From: Patescibacteria group bacterium
GTDB taxonomy: Bacteria > Patescibacteriota > Microgenomatia > UBA10105 > UBA927
Length of the DNA: 64,000 nucleotides
Assembly: GCA_035510735.1 (NCBI GenBank)
Contig: DATKGN010000004.1
Coordinates: 243,810 to 307,809, forward strand
Direction of reading: 5' to 3'
Part shown: one piece after another, positions 9,943 through 17,662 of the stretch
Layout of the letters: every line of letters begins with the position of its first letter
Position numbering within the stretch: the stretch's first letter is position 1
Notes under the pieces: model-generated
Told to the model about the DNA's origin: nothing
What the model saw: the letters and a program-made list of their open reading frames with translations, nothing else
The model's database searches: none
Made by a program: the position numbers and the translations under genes

Positions 9943-12303
9943 ATGGACCAACAAATGTCGGGTAAATTATTGGACTTTACATACCGGTTGCAGGTCTTGG
10001 GTATCAGTTTTCTATTGATTGCGGTTTTTGCCGGTGCACTTATTTTATTGGGGTATATCATTTTTTTACTCTGGAAGTACCGAAACCGCGAAGAAGAATC
10101 TCTGGAAACCGTCGTCATGCAGGTCGCGGTACCCCGCGATAATGAGATAAAAATTGATGCGGCAGAACAGATGTTTTCCAGCATCCATAGCATCGCTCAT
10201 GGAGGATTTTGGTCGTTTTTGAAACCGAACGAGCATGTATCGTTTGAAATCGTTGCGAAACCGGAGGATATACGTTTTTATATCGCGGTACCGAAAAAAT
10301 TGACAGATCTCATTGAAAAACAGATTCATGGTGCCTATCCCGGTGCGGATATTAAGGAAGTGGAGGAATATTCTATATTTTCCGAGAACGGGAAAGTCGC
10401 GTTTGCGGGACTCGTGCTCGCAAACGCTGATTATATGCCGATCCGGATTTTTCGGGATTTACCGACCGATCCATTATCATCAATCACCTCAGTTCTTGCA
10501 AAAATGCGCCCCGGGGAGGCAGCCGCAATCCAGGTACTTATCCAGCCGGCTGAGGGCAAATGGCGGGAAAATGGGAGATCCTATATTTCCAAAATAAAAA
10601 AAGACGAATCAAATCCTGAGAAAGCAAGTTTTAAAGTTGACCCGAAATCCCTTGAAGCAATCGAACAAAAAACGAGTAAGCCCGGATTTAATACGGTGAT
10701 CCGTTGTGTCGTATCATCAACAGATCAGGAAACGGCAAAGATGCATTTGGATAATCTTCTTGCCAGTTTGAGTCAGTTTTCTTCGGATCATAATCACCTG
10801 ACGAAAGTAAAATTGCCGTTTAAACAATTATTTATGGTGGACTTTGTCTATCGGTATTTTCCGATCATGAATTTTCCGTTGTTTAAACAATTCAGCGTTC
10901 TCAATAGCGATGAGCTCGCTAGTGTATTTCATTTTCCCAATAAGTCAATCGAGACGGCACACATTTTTTGGCTCAACGCAAAGAGGGCACCCGCGCCATC
11001 TCAAATTCCGATGAGCGGTATGTTTTTGGGCAGATCCCGGTATCGTGGAGTTGAGCGGCCGATTTATATTGACGAAGAAGATCGACGACGGCACATGTAC
11101 ATTATCGGAAAAACCGGTACAGGTAAATCGCAACTTCTCGAAGAGATGATTGTGCAGGATATAAAAGAAAATAAAGGAATCGCGGTTATCGATCCGCACG
11201 GAGATCTCATCGACGGCGTCATGAGCAGAATCCCGGCGTCACGGGCGGAAGACGTTATCTATTTTGACCCATCGGATTCCGATCGGCCGCTTGGGCTCAA
11301 TATGCTTGAGGCAAAGACCGAAGAACAAAAGCATTTTGTCGTTACATCAATCGTCGGGCTTATGTATAAGCTCTATGATCCTATGAAGACCGGAATCATC
11401 GGTCCCCGATTTGAACATGCCATCCGAAACGCGATGCTGACCGTCATGGTGGAACCCGGAAACACATTTGTTGAGGTCGTCCGCGTACTTACAGATGCCG
11501 CATTCGTTCAGGAATTATTGCCGAAACTGACGGATCCGATTATTCGTCGTTATTGGACGGATCAGATCGCACAGACGGCGGATTTTCATAAATCAGAGGT
11601 ATTGGATTACATCGTCTCTAAGTTCGGCCGTTTCGTTACAAATAAGCTGATGCGTAATATCATCGGCCAGTCGCAATCATCATACGATTTCCGGAAAGTG
11701 ATGGATGACGGAAAAATATTATTAGTTAATCTGGCTAAAGGGAAAATCGGAGAGGAAAACAGTAATTTTCTGGGACTTATCCTTGTCCCGCGGATTCTTA
11801 TTGCCGCAATGAGCAGACAGGAAATTCCTGAGGAAACACGGCGCGATTTTTACTTATACGTTGACGAGTTTCAAAATTTTGCAACTCCGGATTTTGCCCA
11901 GATTCTTTCCGAAGCCCGAAAATACCGGTTAAATCTTATTGTCGCGAACCAATTCATCGGTCAGATGGAAGAAGAGGTAAAAAACGCGGTATTTGGAAAC
12001 GTGGGATCAGTGATCGCATTCCGGGTCGGCGTTACTGATGCGAATTATCTTCAACATGAATTCCAACCGACGTTTAATGAAGCGGACCTCATTAATATAG
12101 ATAAATTTAATGCGTATATGAAAACAAACGTGAGAAACGAGCCGGTCAAACCGTTTAGCATGGATTTGACGAAAGATATGACAAAAATTAACGCAGAAAA
12201 AAATGAAAAGATAGCGGAAGCGATTATTCAATTATCACGATTAAAATACGGGCGTTCAAAGGAATTGGTTGAGGCTGAAATATCGCATCGCGCGAGGCTA
12301 TAA
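9943..12303 (+). CDS. TraG/VirD4/TraD-like coupling-protein-family ATPase, membrane anchored
   Basis: N-terminal TM helix. Walker A IIGKTGTGKSQL, a DPHGD box (compare DPKGD/E of T4CPs), Walker B LYVDEFQNF. 786 aa. Confidence 0.6.
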   Translation: MDQQMSGKLLDFTYRLQVLGISFLLIAVFAGALILLGYIIFLLWKYRNREEESLETVVMQVAVPRDNEIKIDAAEQMFSSIHSIAHGGFWSFLKPNEHVSFEIVAKPEDIRFYIAVPKKLTDLIEKQIHGAYPGADIKEVEEYSIFSENGKVAFAGLVLANADYMPIRIFRDLPTDPLSSITSVLAKMRPGEAAAIQVLIQPAEGKWRENGRSYISKIKKDESNPEKASFKVDPKSLEAIEQKTSKPGFNTVIRCVVSSTDQETAKMHLDNLLASLSQFSSDHNHLTKVKLPFKQLFMVDFVYRYFPIMNFPLFKQFSVLNSDELASVFHFPNKSIETAHIFWLNAKRAPAPSQIPMSGMFLGRSRYRGVERPIYIDEEDRRRHMYIIGKTGTGKSQLLEEMIVQDIKENKGIAVIDPHGDLIDGVMSRIPASRAEDVIYFDPSDSDRPLGLNMLEAKTEEQKHFVVTSIVGLMYKLYDPMKTGIIGPRFEHAIRNAMLTVMVEPGNTFVEVVRVLTDAAFVQELLPKLTDPIIRRYWTDQIAQTADFHKSEVLDYIVSKFGRFVTNKLMRNIIGQSQSSYDFRKVMDDGKILLVNLAKGKIGEENSNFLGLILVPRILIAAMSRQEIPEETRRDFYLYVDEFQNFATPDFAQILSEARKYRLNLIVANQFIGQMEEEVKNAVFGNVGSVIAFRVGVTDANYLQHEFQPTFNEADLINIDKFNAYMKTNVRNEPVKPFSMDLTKDMTKINAEKNEKIAEAIIQLSRLKYGRSKELVEAEISHRARL

Positions 12304-12371
12304 AAAATTAACCTCTTTACAAATAATGCAAATACGGTAATCTGCTAAGTATGACAGTTATTTAAAACTTC

Positions 12372-13769
12372 ATGGATATACCCTCTGAGTCTTCGGGAAT
12401 ACCGAAACTACCATCACACGCAGTGTACATTTTCAACATGTCGGAAGACGTGTGGCCATTTATTAATTCAATGTCGGATAAAAAAGTCCGCGCGAACGAA
12501 ATTCAGTGGAATGTATACCTCGCCGACATGCGTCTTTTTATGTTTTGTAATGAAGATACGCAGGTATATTTCGTCTGTCCTCAGGGAGTGAGCGAAGAGT
12601 TTTTATCCTATTACAAAGAACTGTTCGGAAACAGACGGATAACCATACTTACGACAGCTATCCACAGCGGCGCAATTTGTGACGATATCCTCCACGATGA
12701 GTCGGTTATGAAAAAACTCATCGAAGTGGCCAACTCTTCTCAGCGGTTGACCATAACGAGTTATGCGACAACACCGGAATTTCTCCGCTTGATGAGGGAG
12801 CTAAGGAGCCGCGGACTGACAGTATATACGCCTGAGGCTCCGGAAGAAGAGGACGGGTGGACAGTAAATTTCTACGGAAGTAAATCCGGTATTCGGCAAC
12901 TCGCTCAACAGAGTCAAAATGCGGAACCGGATTTCCAGATGGCAAACGGCCTCATTTGTGTCGGAATCGAGGACGCTGCAAAAATTGCGGCGAAACGATA
13001 CATTAAAGAAAATGGTGTCGTTATAAAGACGAACAAGGGTCATGCCGGGATGGGTGTTGTCATTTTCCGTCCTGGAGATTTACCTCTTGATTATTTGTCA
13101 TGTGAACAAAAAATTCATTCTCTATTGGCAAAAGAAGCGTATTGGAATAAATTTCCCATTATTATTGAGGATTTTATTCAAATACAACCGGCGATCGGCG
13201 GCGGTAATCCAAATGTAGAGTTTAAAATTCTAAAAAACGGCAGAGTCGAGTTTTTATATTATTGCGGAATGCGGATGACCCGTGACGGTGTATTCAGCGG
13301 CGTAGAAATTCATAACGAAGTTGTGTCCGACAGAGTGGGAGCACAAATGGTTGATACAGGATTTTTTATCGGTGAAAAATATGCAGCGGCAGGATATAGA
13401 GGCTACTACGATGTGGATTTTGTAGCGGGAAGAAACGGGCAACTATATGTCACAGAATCAAATGTCAGAAGCACGGGGGGTACGTTTATCTACGAGATTG
13501 CGCTAAAGCTTTTTGGTAAGGATTTTATGTATACGACAAATATACTCTCGAATAACAGTTATGATATTTCCGATCTCAAGCCTCAAACGTTTACCGGTAT
13601 CCGGCGTAAGTTTCAACCGATCCTTTTTAACAAAAGCACCCGTGAAGGGCTTATTATCGTATCGGAAAATATTCTCCGTATCGATAAACTTGCGTACGTT
13701 ATTTTCGGAAAAACGAAGCGGCGCGTCTATGAGTTGGAAGAACAGATGGAGGCATTACTTAGAGCATAA
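12372..13769 (+). CDS. Putative ATP-grasp-fold enzyme
   Basis: VIKTNKGHAGMGVVIF glycine-rich loop and a downstream ESNVRSTGG block resemble ATP-grasp motifs. Assignment is tentative. Confidence 0.3.
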   Translation: MDIPSESSGIPKLPSHAVYIFNMSEDVWPFINSMSDKKVRANEIQWNVYLADMRLFMFCNEDTQVYFVCPQGVSEEFLSYYKELFGNRRITILTTAIHSGAICDDILHDESVMKKLIEVANSSQRLTITSYATTPEFLRLMRELRSRGLTVYTPEAPEEEDGWTVNFYGSKSGIRQLAQQSQNAEPDFQMANGLICVGIEDAAKIAAKRYIKENGVVIKTNKGHAGMGVVIFRPGDLPLDYLSCEQKIHSLLAKEAYWNKFPIIIEDFIQIQPAIGGGNPNVEFKILKNGRVEFLYYCGMRMTRDGVFSGVEIHNEVVSDRVGAQMVDTGFFIGEKYAAAGYRGYYDVDFVAGRNGQLYVTESNVRSTGGTFIYEIALKLFGKDFMYTTNILSNNSYDISDLKPQTFTGIRRKFQPILFNKSTREGLIIVSENILRIDKLAYVIFGKTKRRVYELEEQMEALLRA

Positions 13770-13839
13770 GGTACGGCTTTGATATAATACAGAAGCCTCC
13801 GATAAAATAGTGGCAAATTAGTAATAAACATTATATATC

Positions 13840-13911
13840 GGAGCCGTAGCTCAGCGGTAGAGCGCTACTCTTATAAAGTAGATGTCCTTGGTCCGAATCC
13901 AAGCGGCTCCA
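13840..13911 (+). tRNA. tRNA-Ile, anticodon UAU (TAT)
   Basis: Folded by hand. Acceptor stem GGAGCCG/CGGCTCC is a perfect 7 bp; D arm GCTC-AGCGGTA-GAGC; anticodon stem CTACT/AGTAG with loop CUUAUAA (U33, A37); variable loop 5 nt; T arm CTTGG-TCCGAAT-CCAAG; discriminator A. CCA is not encoded. Confidence 0.8.
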
Positions 13912-13912
13912 C

Positions 13913-14437
13913 ATGGAATTAGTTGTTCTCGTTGATGATCAAAATAACGAATTAGGGACACGCCCGAAAGATGATGTTCATTCGAATCATACGCCGCTCC
14001 ATCGCGGATTTTCCCTTTTTCTGTTTAATAATAAACATGAATTATTGATCACCCGTCGTACGCATACAAAAAAAACGTTTCCCGGTGTGTGGACGAATAC
14101 AGTCTGCGGTCATCCCGGTCCGGGTGAACAGGTCATTGATGCGGCTAGGCGCCGGTTAAAAGAAGAGATGGGGGTCGGGGGCGTTGATGTGAAAGAAGTG
14201 TCACCGTACCGATATAAGTTTACCGATATTCATGGAATTGTGGAAAATGAAATATGTCCAATTCTCATTACATTTGCCGATGTGAAACCAAAAATAAATG
14301 AGCGGGAGGTGGCGGGGTGGAAATGGATTCCATGGAAAGATTTTCTCACCGAAATACAGCTTAATCCATCGTCGTATTCACCGTGGAGTATTGAAGAGGC
14401 GGAAATTATTAAAAGATTAAATCTTCTCAACGGATAA
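13913..14437 (+). CDS. idi: Isopentenyl-diphosphate delta-isomerase type 1 (Nudix family)
   Basis: LHRGFSLFLFN...TFPGVWTNTVCGHP...GE...AARRRLKEEMGV matches the IDI-1 active-site region. 174 aa. Confidence 0.75.
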   Translation: MELVVLVDDQNNELGTRPKDDVHSNHTPLHRGFSLFLFNNKHELLITRRTHTKKTFPGVWTNTVCGHPGPGEQVIDAARRRLKEEMGVGGVDVKEVSPYRYKFTDIHGIVENEICPILITFADVKPKINEREVAGWKWIPWKDFLTEIQLNPSSYSPWSIEEAEIIKRLNLLNG

Positions 14438-15622
14438 ATCAGGAACTGCCGTGATATCGTGCCAGTTGGTGGGCGAACCCCTGAAATACGCATAGCTTGC
14501 AATATATACGGCGTTATCGGTGCACAGTGCTACCGGTGGCACAAACATTGTTATATTGTTATATTGTTTTATTGCTGAGTTCATTTTTTCTCTTAGCCGC
14601 AGATTAGCGGCAACGCCTCCCGATAAAAGAATTGATTTCGCCTGATGTATAGAAGCTGCATGGAGAGTTTTTTTCACCAGCACATCCGTTATGGACTCCT
14701 GGACTTCATAGGCTAATGCGCTTGTCATTCCGGCCTCCGAGCTGGAATCTATTTTTTTCGGGGTGGATCCCGGGTCAAGCTCGCCTCGCTGACGCGGCGA
14801 AGCGGGCCCGGGATGACATTTATTCCATTCTCGAAGAACCGCAGTTTTCAGTCCCGAAAAGGAAAAATTAAGCGATTTATCATGCATTAACGGACGCGGT
14901 AACTTAATTCTTCCCGTTGTCATTCCGGCCTCTGAGCCGGAATCTATTTTTTTCGGGGTGGATCCCGGGTCAAGCCCGGGATGACATTGAGAGGCCGCTT
15001 CCTGAATTGCCGGTCCTCCGCGGTTTTCAAATCCCAACAGTCTCGCCGTTTTATCAAACGCTTCTCCCGCCGCGTCATCGAGCGTACCTCCGAGCCATGT
15101 TAAATCCTTAATAGATTTCATGAGATAAAGCTCAGTATGACCGCCGCTAACGACAAGAGAGATGGCGGGAAACTCGATGCTTGCCCCGCGAAGCTTTAGC
15201 GAAGTGGGGTTGTCCCTCGACTGCGCTCGGGACGAATTTTGTCCTTCGTCATTGCTCAGGACAAAATTCGCATACATGTGGGCGAGAACGTGATTAACGG
15301 GGATGAGGGGTTTACCGGTCGTAAACGCAATTGTTTTTGCCGTTTCAACGCCGACGAGAAGAGAGCCGATGAGTCCCGGTCCGACGGTGATTGCGATTTG
15401 ATCGATCGATGCAAGCGTTTCCTTTGATTGTTTAAGGGCTTCTTCAATTGTCGGGATAATGCAGACAAGCTGCTCGCGCGCAGCCACTTCAGGGACGATG
15501 CCGCCGTATTTTGCGTGCATGAGTGTCGAACTTGCAACAACACTTCCCAGGATTGTTGTACCGTTCTCAACAACGGCCGCCGCCGTTTCATCGCAGGATG
15601 ATTCTATACTCAAAATTTTCAT
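14417..15622 (-). CDS. tsaD: tRNA N6-adenosine threonylcarbamoyltransferase TsaD, with three in-frame repeat-element insertions
   Basis: MKILSIESSCDETAAAV...HAKYGGIVPEVAAREQ and SGGHTELY core motifs. 401 aa, above the ~335 aa I recall for TsaD (from memory). The extra peptides coincide with the palindromic DNA elements. Confidence 0.88.
   Translation of the reverse strand: MKILSIESSCDETAAAVVENGTTILGSVVASSTLMHAKYGGIVPEVAAREQLVCIIPTIEEALKQSKETLASIDQIAITVGPGLIGSLLVGVETAKTIAFTTGKPLIPVNHVLAHMYANFVLSNDEGQNSSRAQSRDNPTSLKLRGASIEFPAISLVVSGGHTELYLMKSIKDLTWLGGTLDDAAGEAFDKTARLLGFENRGGPAIQEAASQCHPGLDPGSTPKKIDSGSEAGMTTGRIKLPRPLMHDKSLNFSFSGLKTAVLREWNKCHPGPASPRQRGELDPGSTPKKIDSSSEAGMTSALAYEVQESITDVLVKKTLHAASIHQAKSILLSGGVAANLRLREKMNSAIKQYNNITMFVPPVALCTDNAVYIASYAYFRGSPTNWHDITAVPDLSVEKI
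14723..14818. repeat. MITE-like palindromic element family 1, copy B (96 bp), in frame within tsaD
   Basis: Termini TGTCATTCC...GGGATGACA. Internal hairpins TTCCGGC/GCTGGAA and ATCCCGGG/CCCGGGAT. Has a 28 bp extra hairpin relative to copy A. Translates as ...CHPGPASPRQRGELDPGSTPKKIDSSSEAGMT. Confidence 0.75.
14919..14986. repeat. MITE-like palindromic element family 1, copy A (68 bp), in frame within tsaD
   Basis: Same termini and hairpins as copy B, near-identical. Translates as CHPGLDPGSTPKKIDSGSEAGMT. Confidence 0.75.
15184..15275. repeat. Composite hairpin insertion inside tsaD (family-2 loop motif plus two further palindromes)
   Basis: Contains CCCCGCGAAGCTTTAGCGAAGTGGGG (reverse complement of the family-2 loop), GTCCCTCGACTGCGCTCGGGAC, and the 11 bp stem GAATTTTGTCC...GGACAAAATTC. 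Encodes the extra TsaD segment VLSNDEGQNSSRAQSRDNPTSLKLRG between HMYANF and FPAISLVVSGGHTELY. Confidence 0.6.
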
Positions 15623-15636
15623 TATAGTTGTATATT

Positions 15637-16083
15637 TTACTCAAGTCCGAGGAGTTTGGCCAATTGACTTGTGGAGGGGGTGTGGATTTTAGGAATTTCA
15701 ATTAATTGTGCGCCAATATGGTCTGCCTGTAACTGTTTTTTTTCTTTCATCGGATCACCCTCAGTAATCGCAATGACGGACGGATGAATCCGGTTCACAA
15801 ATGCAACATAATTAGTATCTGTTTTCATCGGCGGAAGGGCGATAACTTCATCAACGAGAGTTAAGCTTTCAAGAATTTCTTTGCGTTGTTGTTGTGTGTG
15901 GACCGGCCGTGCTTCGCCTTTCATATGGCGAACATTTTCGTCTGATTCGAGAGCGACAATAAGGTAATTACCGTACGATTTTGCCTGTTTCAGGAATGAG
16001 ATGTGTCCGAAATGGATAAAATCGAAGCAGCCGCCGACAAGTACTACTTTCTTATTGTTTTCTCCAATGTTTATGTTATTCAT
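15637..16083 (-). CDS. Cytidylyltransferase-like (HIGH-family nucleotidyltransferase, RibL/TagD/HldE-domain-II-like)
   Basis: VVLVGGCFDFIHFGHISFLKQA is the (H/T)xGH nucleotidyltransferase motif. 148 aa. Confidence 0.6.
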   Translation of the reverse strand: MNNINIGENNKKVVLVGGCFDFIHFGHISFLKQAKSYGNYLIVALESDENVRHMKGEARPVHTQQQRKEILESLTLVDEVIALPPMKTDTNYVAFVNRIHPSVIAITEGDPMKEKKQLQADHIGAQLIEIPKIHTPSTSQLAKLLGLE

Positions 16084-16107
16084 AGGTTATCACTCGATTG
16101 TTTCATT

Positions 16108-16174
16108 GTTCTATTGTTGTATTGTTGAAAGACGTTAGGATCAACGTAGCAATTTAACAATATAGCAATAGAAC
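16108..16174. repeat. Intergenic 19 bp imperfect inverted repeat with ATTGTT direct repeats
   Basis: GTTCTATTGTTGTATTGTT ... AACAATATAGCAATAGAAC separated by about 29 bp. Each arm carries three copies of ATTGTT at 8 bp periodicity. Lies between two same-strand genes. Confidence 0.5.
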
Positions 16175-16179
16175 AATTT

Positions 16180-17604
16180 TTATAGAGTACCACGTAAATA
16201 TACCGCCTGCCACGGTTGAAAATTGGAATAAAATGTCGTCTTTTCAAGTGTCTGGTTGCCTCGTGTGACCGTATAGTCAAATGACGCTTTGGCGCCCCAA
16301 GCGGAAAAATCGACCTGTTTTATCGTTCCTTTGGGGAGAGTCGGGTCGTCCTGGTAAAGGTCGGGTGGAGGAGGCGTGACTCCCCAGAGTTTCTGGTTGG
16401 TTATTTGTGCATTCCTTCCGTCGCTTGTACCGTACAAATCAAATGTCAGGTTTAAATTTGTTGTATCGGTTTTTGCCTGGATGAGAATATAGCCGGGGGT
16501 GTCATTTTTGAATTTCAGATCAACAGAGGGGCTGTAGACTGTGGCATCAAGCCCCGCTTTGAATCCGCCCTCTTCATAGTAGTGAACGCGATAATCATGG
16601 GCGTGGCGCTCAACAATCGGGAGACCGGCGTTGAGGGCCGCACGAAACAGTGTAGTCGACACCTGGCAGACGCCGCCGCCATCGCCTAATATTGTGTGCC
16701 CGTCTTTGATAATATATGCCGATTGATATCCGGTTGCGGCTGTTATATCGCCGACTGCGTCATCAAAAGAAAATGTTTCGCCCGGTTTGATCAGTATGCC
16801 GTTTACCCGCGACGCGGCAAGGGCGACATTATGAATGCGCCCTGGGATTGATCCTGCAAATTCTGAGTATCCCGATGCAATGAGTTCTTTGATACCGAAT
16901 TGATTTGCATTGCTTGTTGATACATCAGGTTTTACCGTGTCGACAGGGAGGTTGATTGCTATGTATTGCTGATCTGTTTTTGCCACCGTTAAAAATGCCT
17001 GTTGAATCCGTTGAAGAGCAAGAGGGCGATTGAGCGCTAAACCGTCCTTGGAAGGTTTAAATGCGGTAACTTTATTATTGGAAAACGCAAATAATGCGTT
17101 TTCAACCGGAATATCGATCTGTTCTGATAAAGAATCCAGCAAATCATTAATAATGCTCTCCTTCCAACGGAAATACGGCTGTAAATCCACTTTTTTCTGG
17201 AAAAATTTGGTATAGAGATTTGATAATATTCCGTCCGAACGGCCTATTAAGTAAGCCTGCGTTGCTGAGAGATCGGCGTCATACCCCAAATCGATATCGC
17301 TTCCGGAAACCGTCGCAATCGTTGATTTAAACCGTAATTCAAATTTGGCTGAGGCAAAGGGCTCATTCTTTTGATTCCAATAGGTTGCGACTTCTTTTTG
17401 TGTTTTATCGCCGAACCAAATGCCACCCACGTAGACGTTCGGATACACTTTGTTTTGATAGTACGCGTCAAACATCGCGATACTTCCCCATGTTAGGGCA
17501 TATAAGATGATCACAATGCTCGCTAAAATGAGAAACCATCGGGGAAGCATATGAAGAAATTTTGGGGTAATCGTTTTTTTTGTCTTGTTCTTTGAATCGT
17601 GCAT
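16180..17604 (-). CDS. VanW-family protein, N-terminal membrane anchor
   Basis: VanW core DGHTILGDGGGVCQVSTTLFRAALNAGLPIVERHAHDY. N-terminal TM helix. Confidence 0.7.
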   Translation of the reverse strand: MHDSKNKTKKTITPKFLHMLPRWFLILASIVIILYALTWGSIAMFDAYYQNKVYPNVYVGGIWFGDKTQKEVATYWNQKNEPFASAKFELRFKSTIATVSGSDIDLGYDADLSATQAYLIGRSDGILSNLYTKFFQKKVDLQPYFRWKESIINDLLDSLSEQIDIPVENALFAFSNNKVTAFKPSKDGLALNRPLALQRIQQAFLTVAKTDQQYIAINLPVDTVKPDVSTSNANQFGIKELIASGYSEFAGSIPGRIHNVALAASRVNGILIKPGETFSFDDAVGDITAATGYQSAYIIKDGHTILGDGGGVCQVSTTLFRAALNAGLPIVERHAHDYRVHYYEEGGFKAGLDATVYSPSVDLKFKNDTPGYILIQAKTDTTNLNLTFDLYGTSDGRNAQITNQKLWGVTPPPPDLYQDDPTLPKGTIKQVDFSAWGAKASFDYTVTRGNQTLEKTTFYSNFQPWQAVYLRGTL

Positions 17605-17662
17605 GGTATGATAATTGTACTAGATATTCTTTGGTATGTGCTAATAGTTATTTATTTGCCTT

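Noticed and set aside
14531-14560. (ATTGTTAT)3 direct repeats inside the tsaD 3' region, resembling the intergenic ATTGTT repeats at 16108
   Set aside because: Here they encode a plausible conserved-length TsaD segment (KQYNNITM before FVPPVALCTDNA). There is no insertion relative to canonical TsaD, so this is probably coincidental AT-rich codons.
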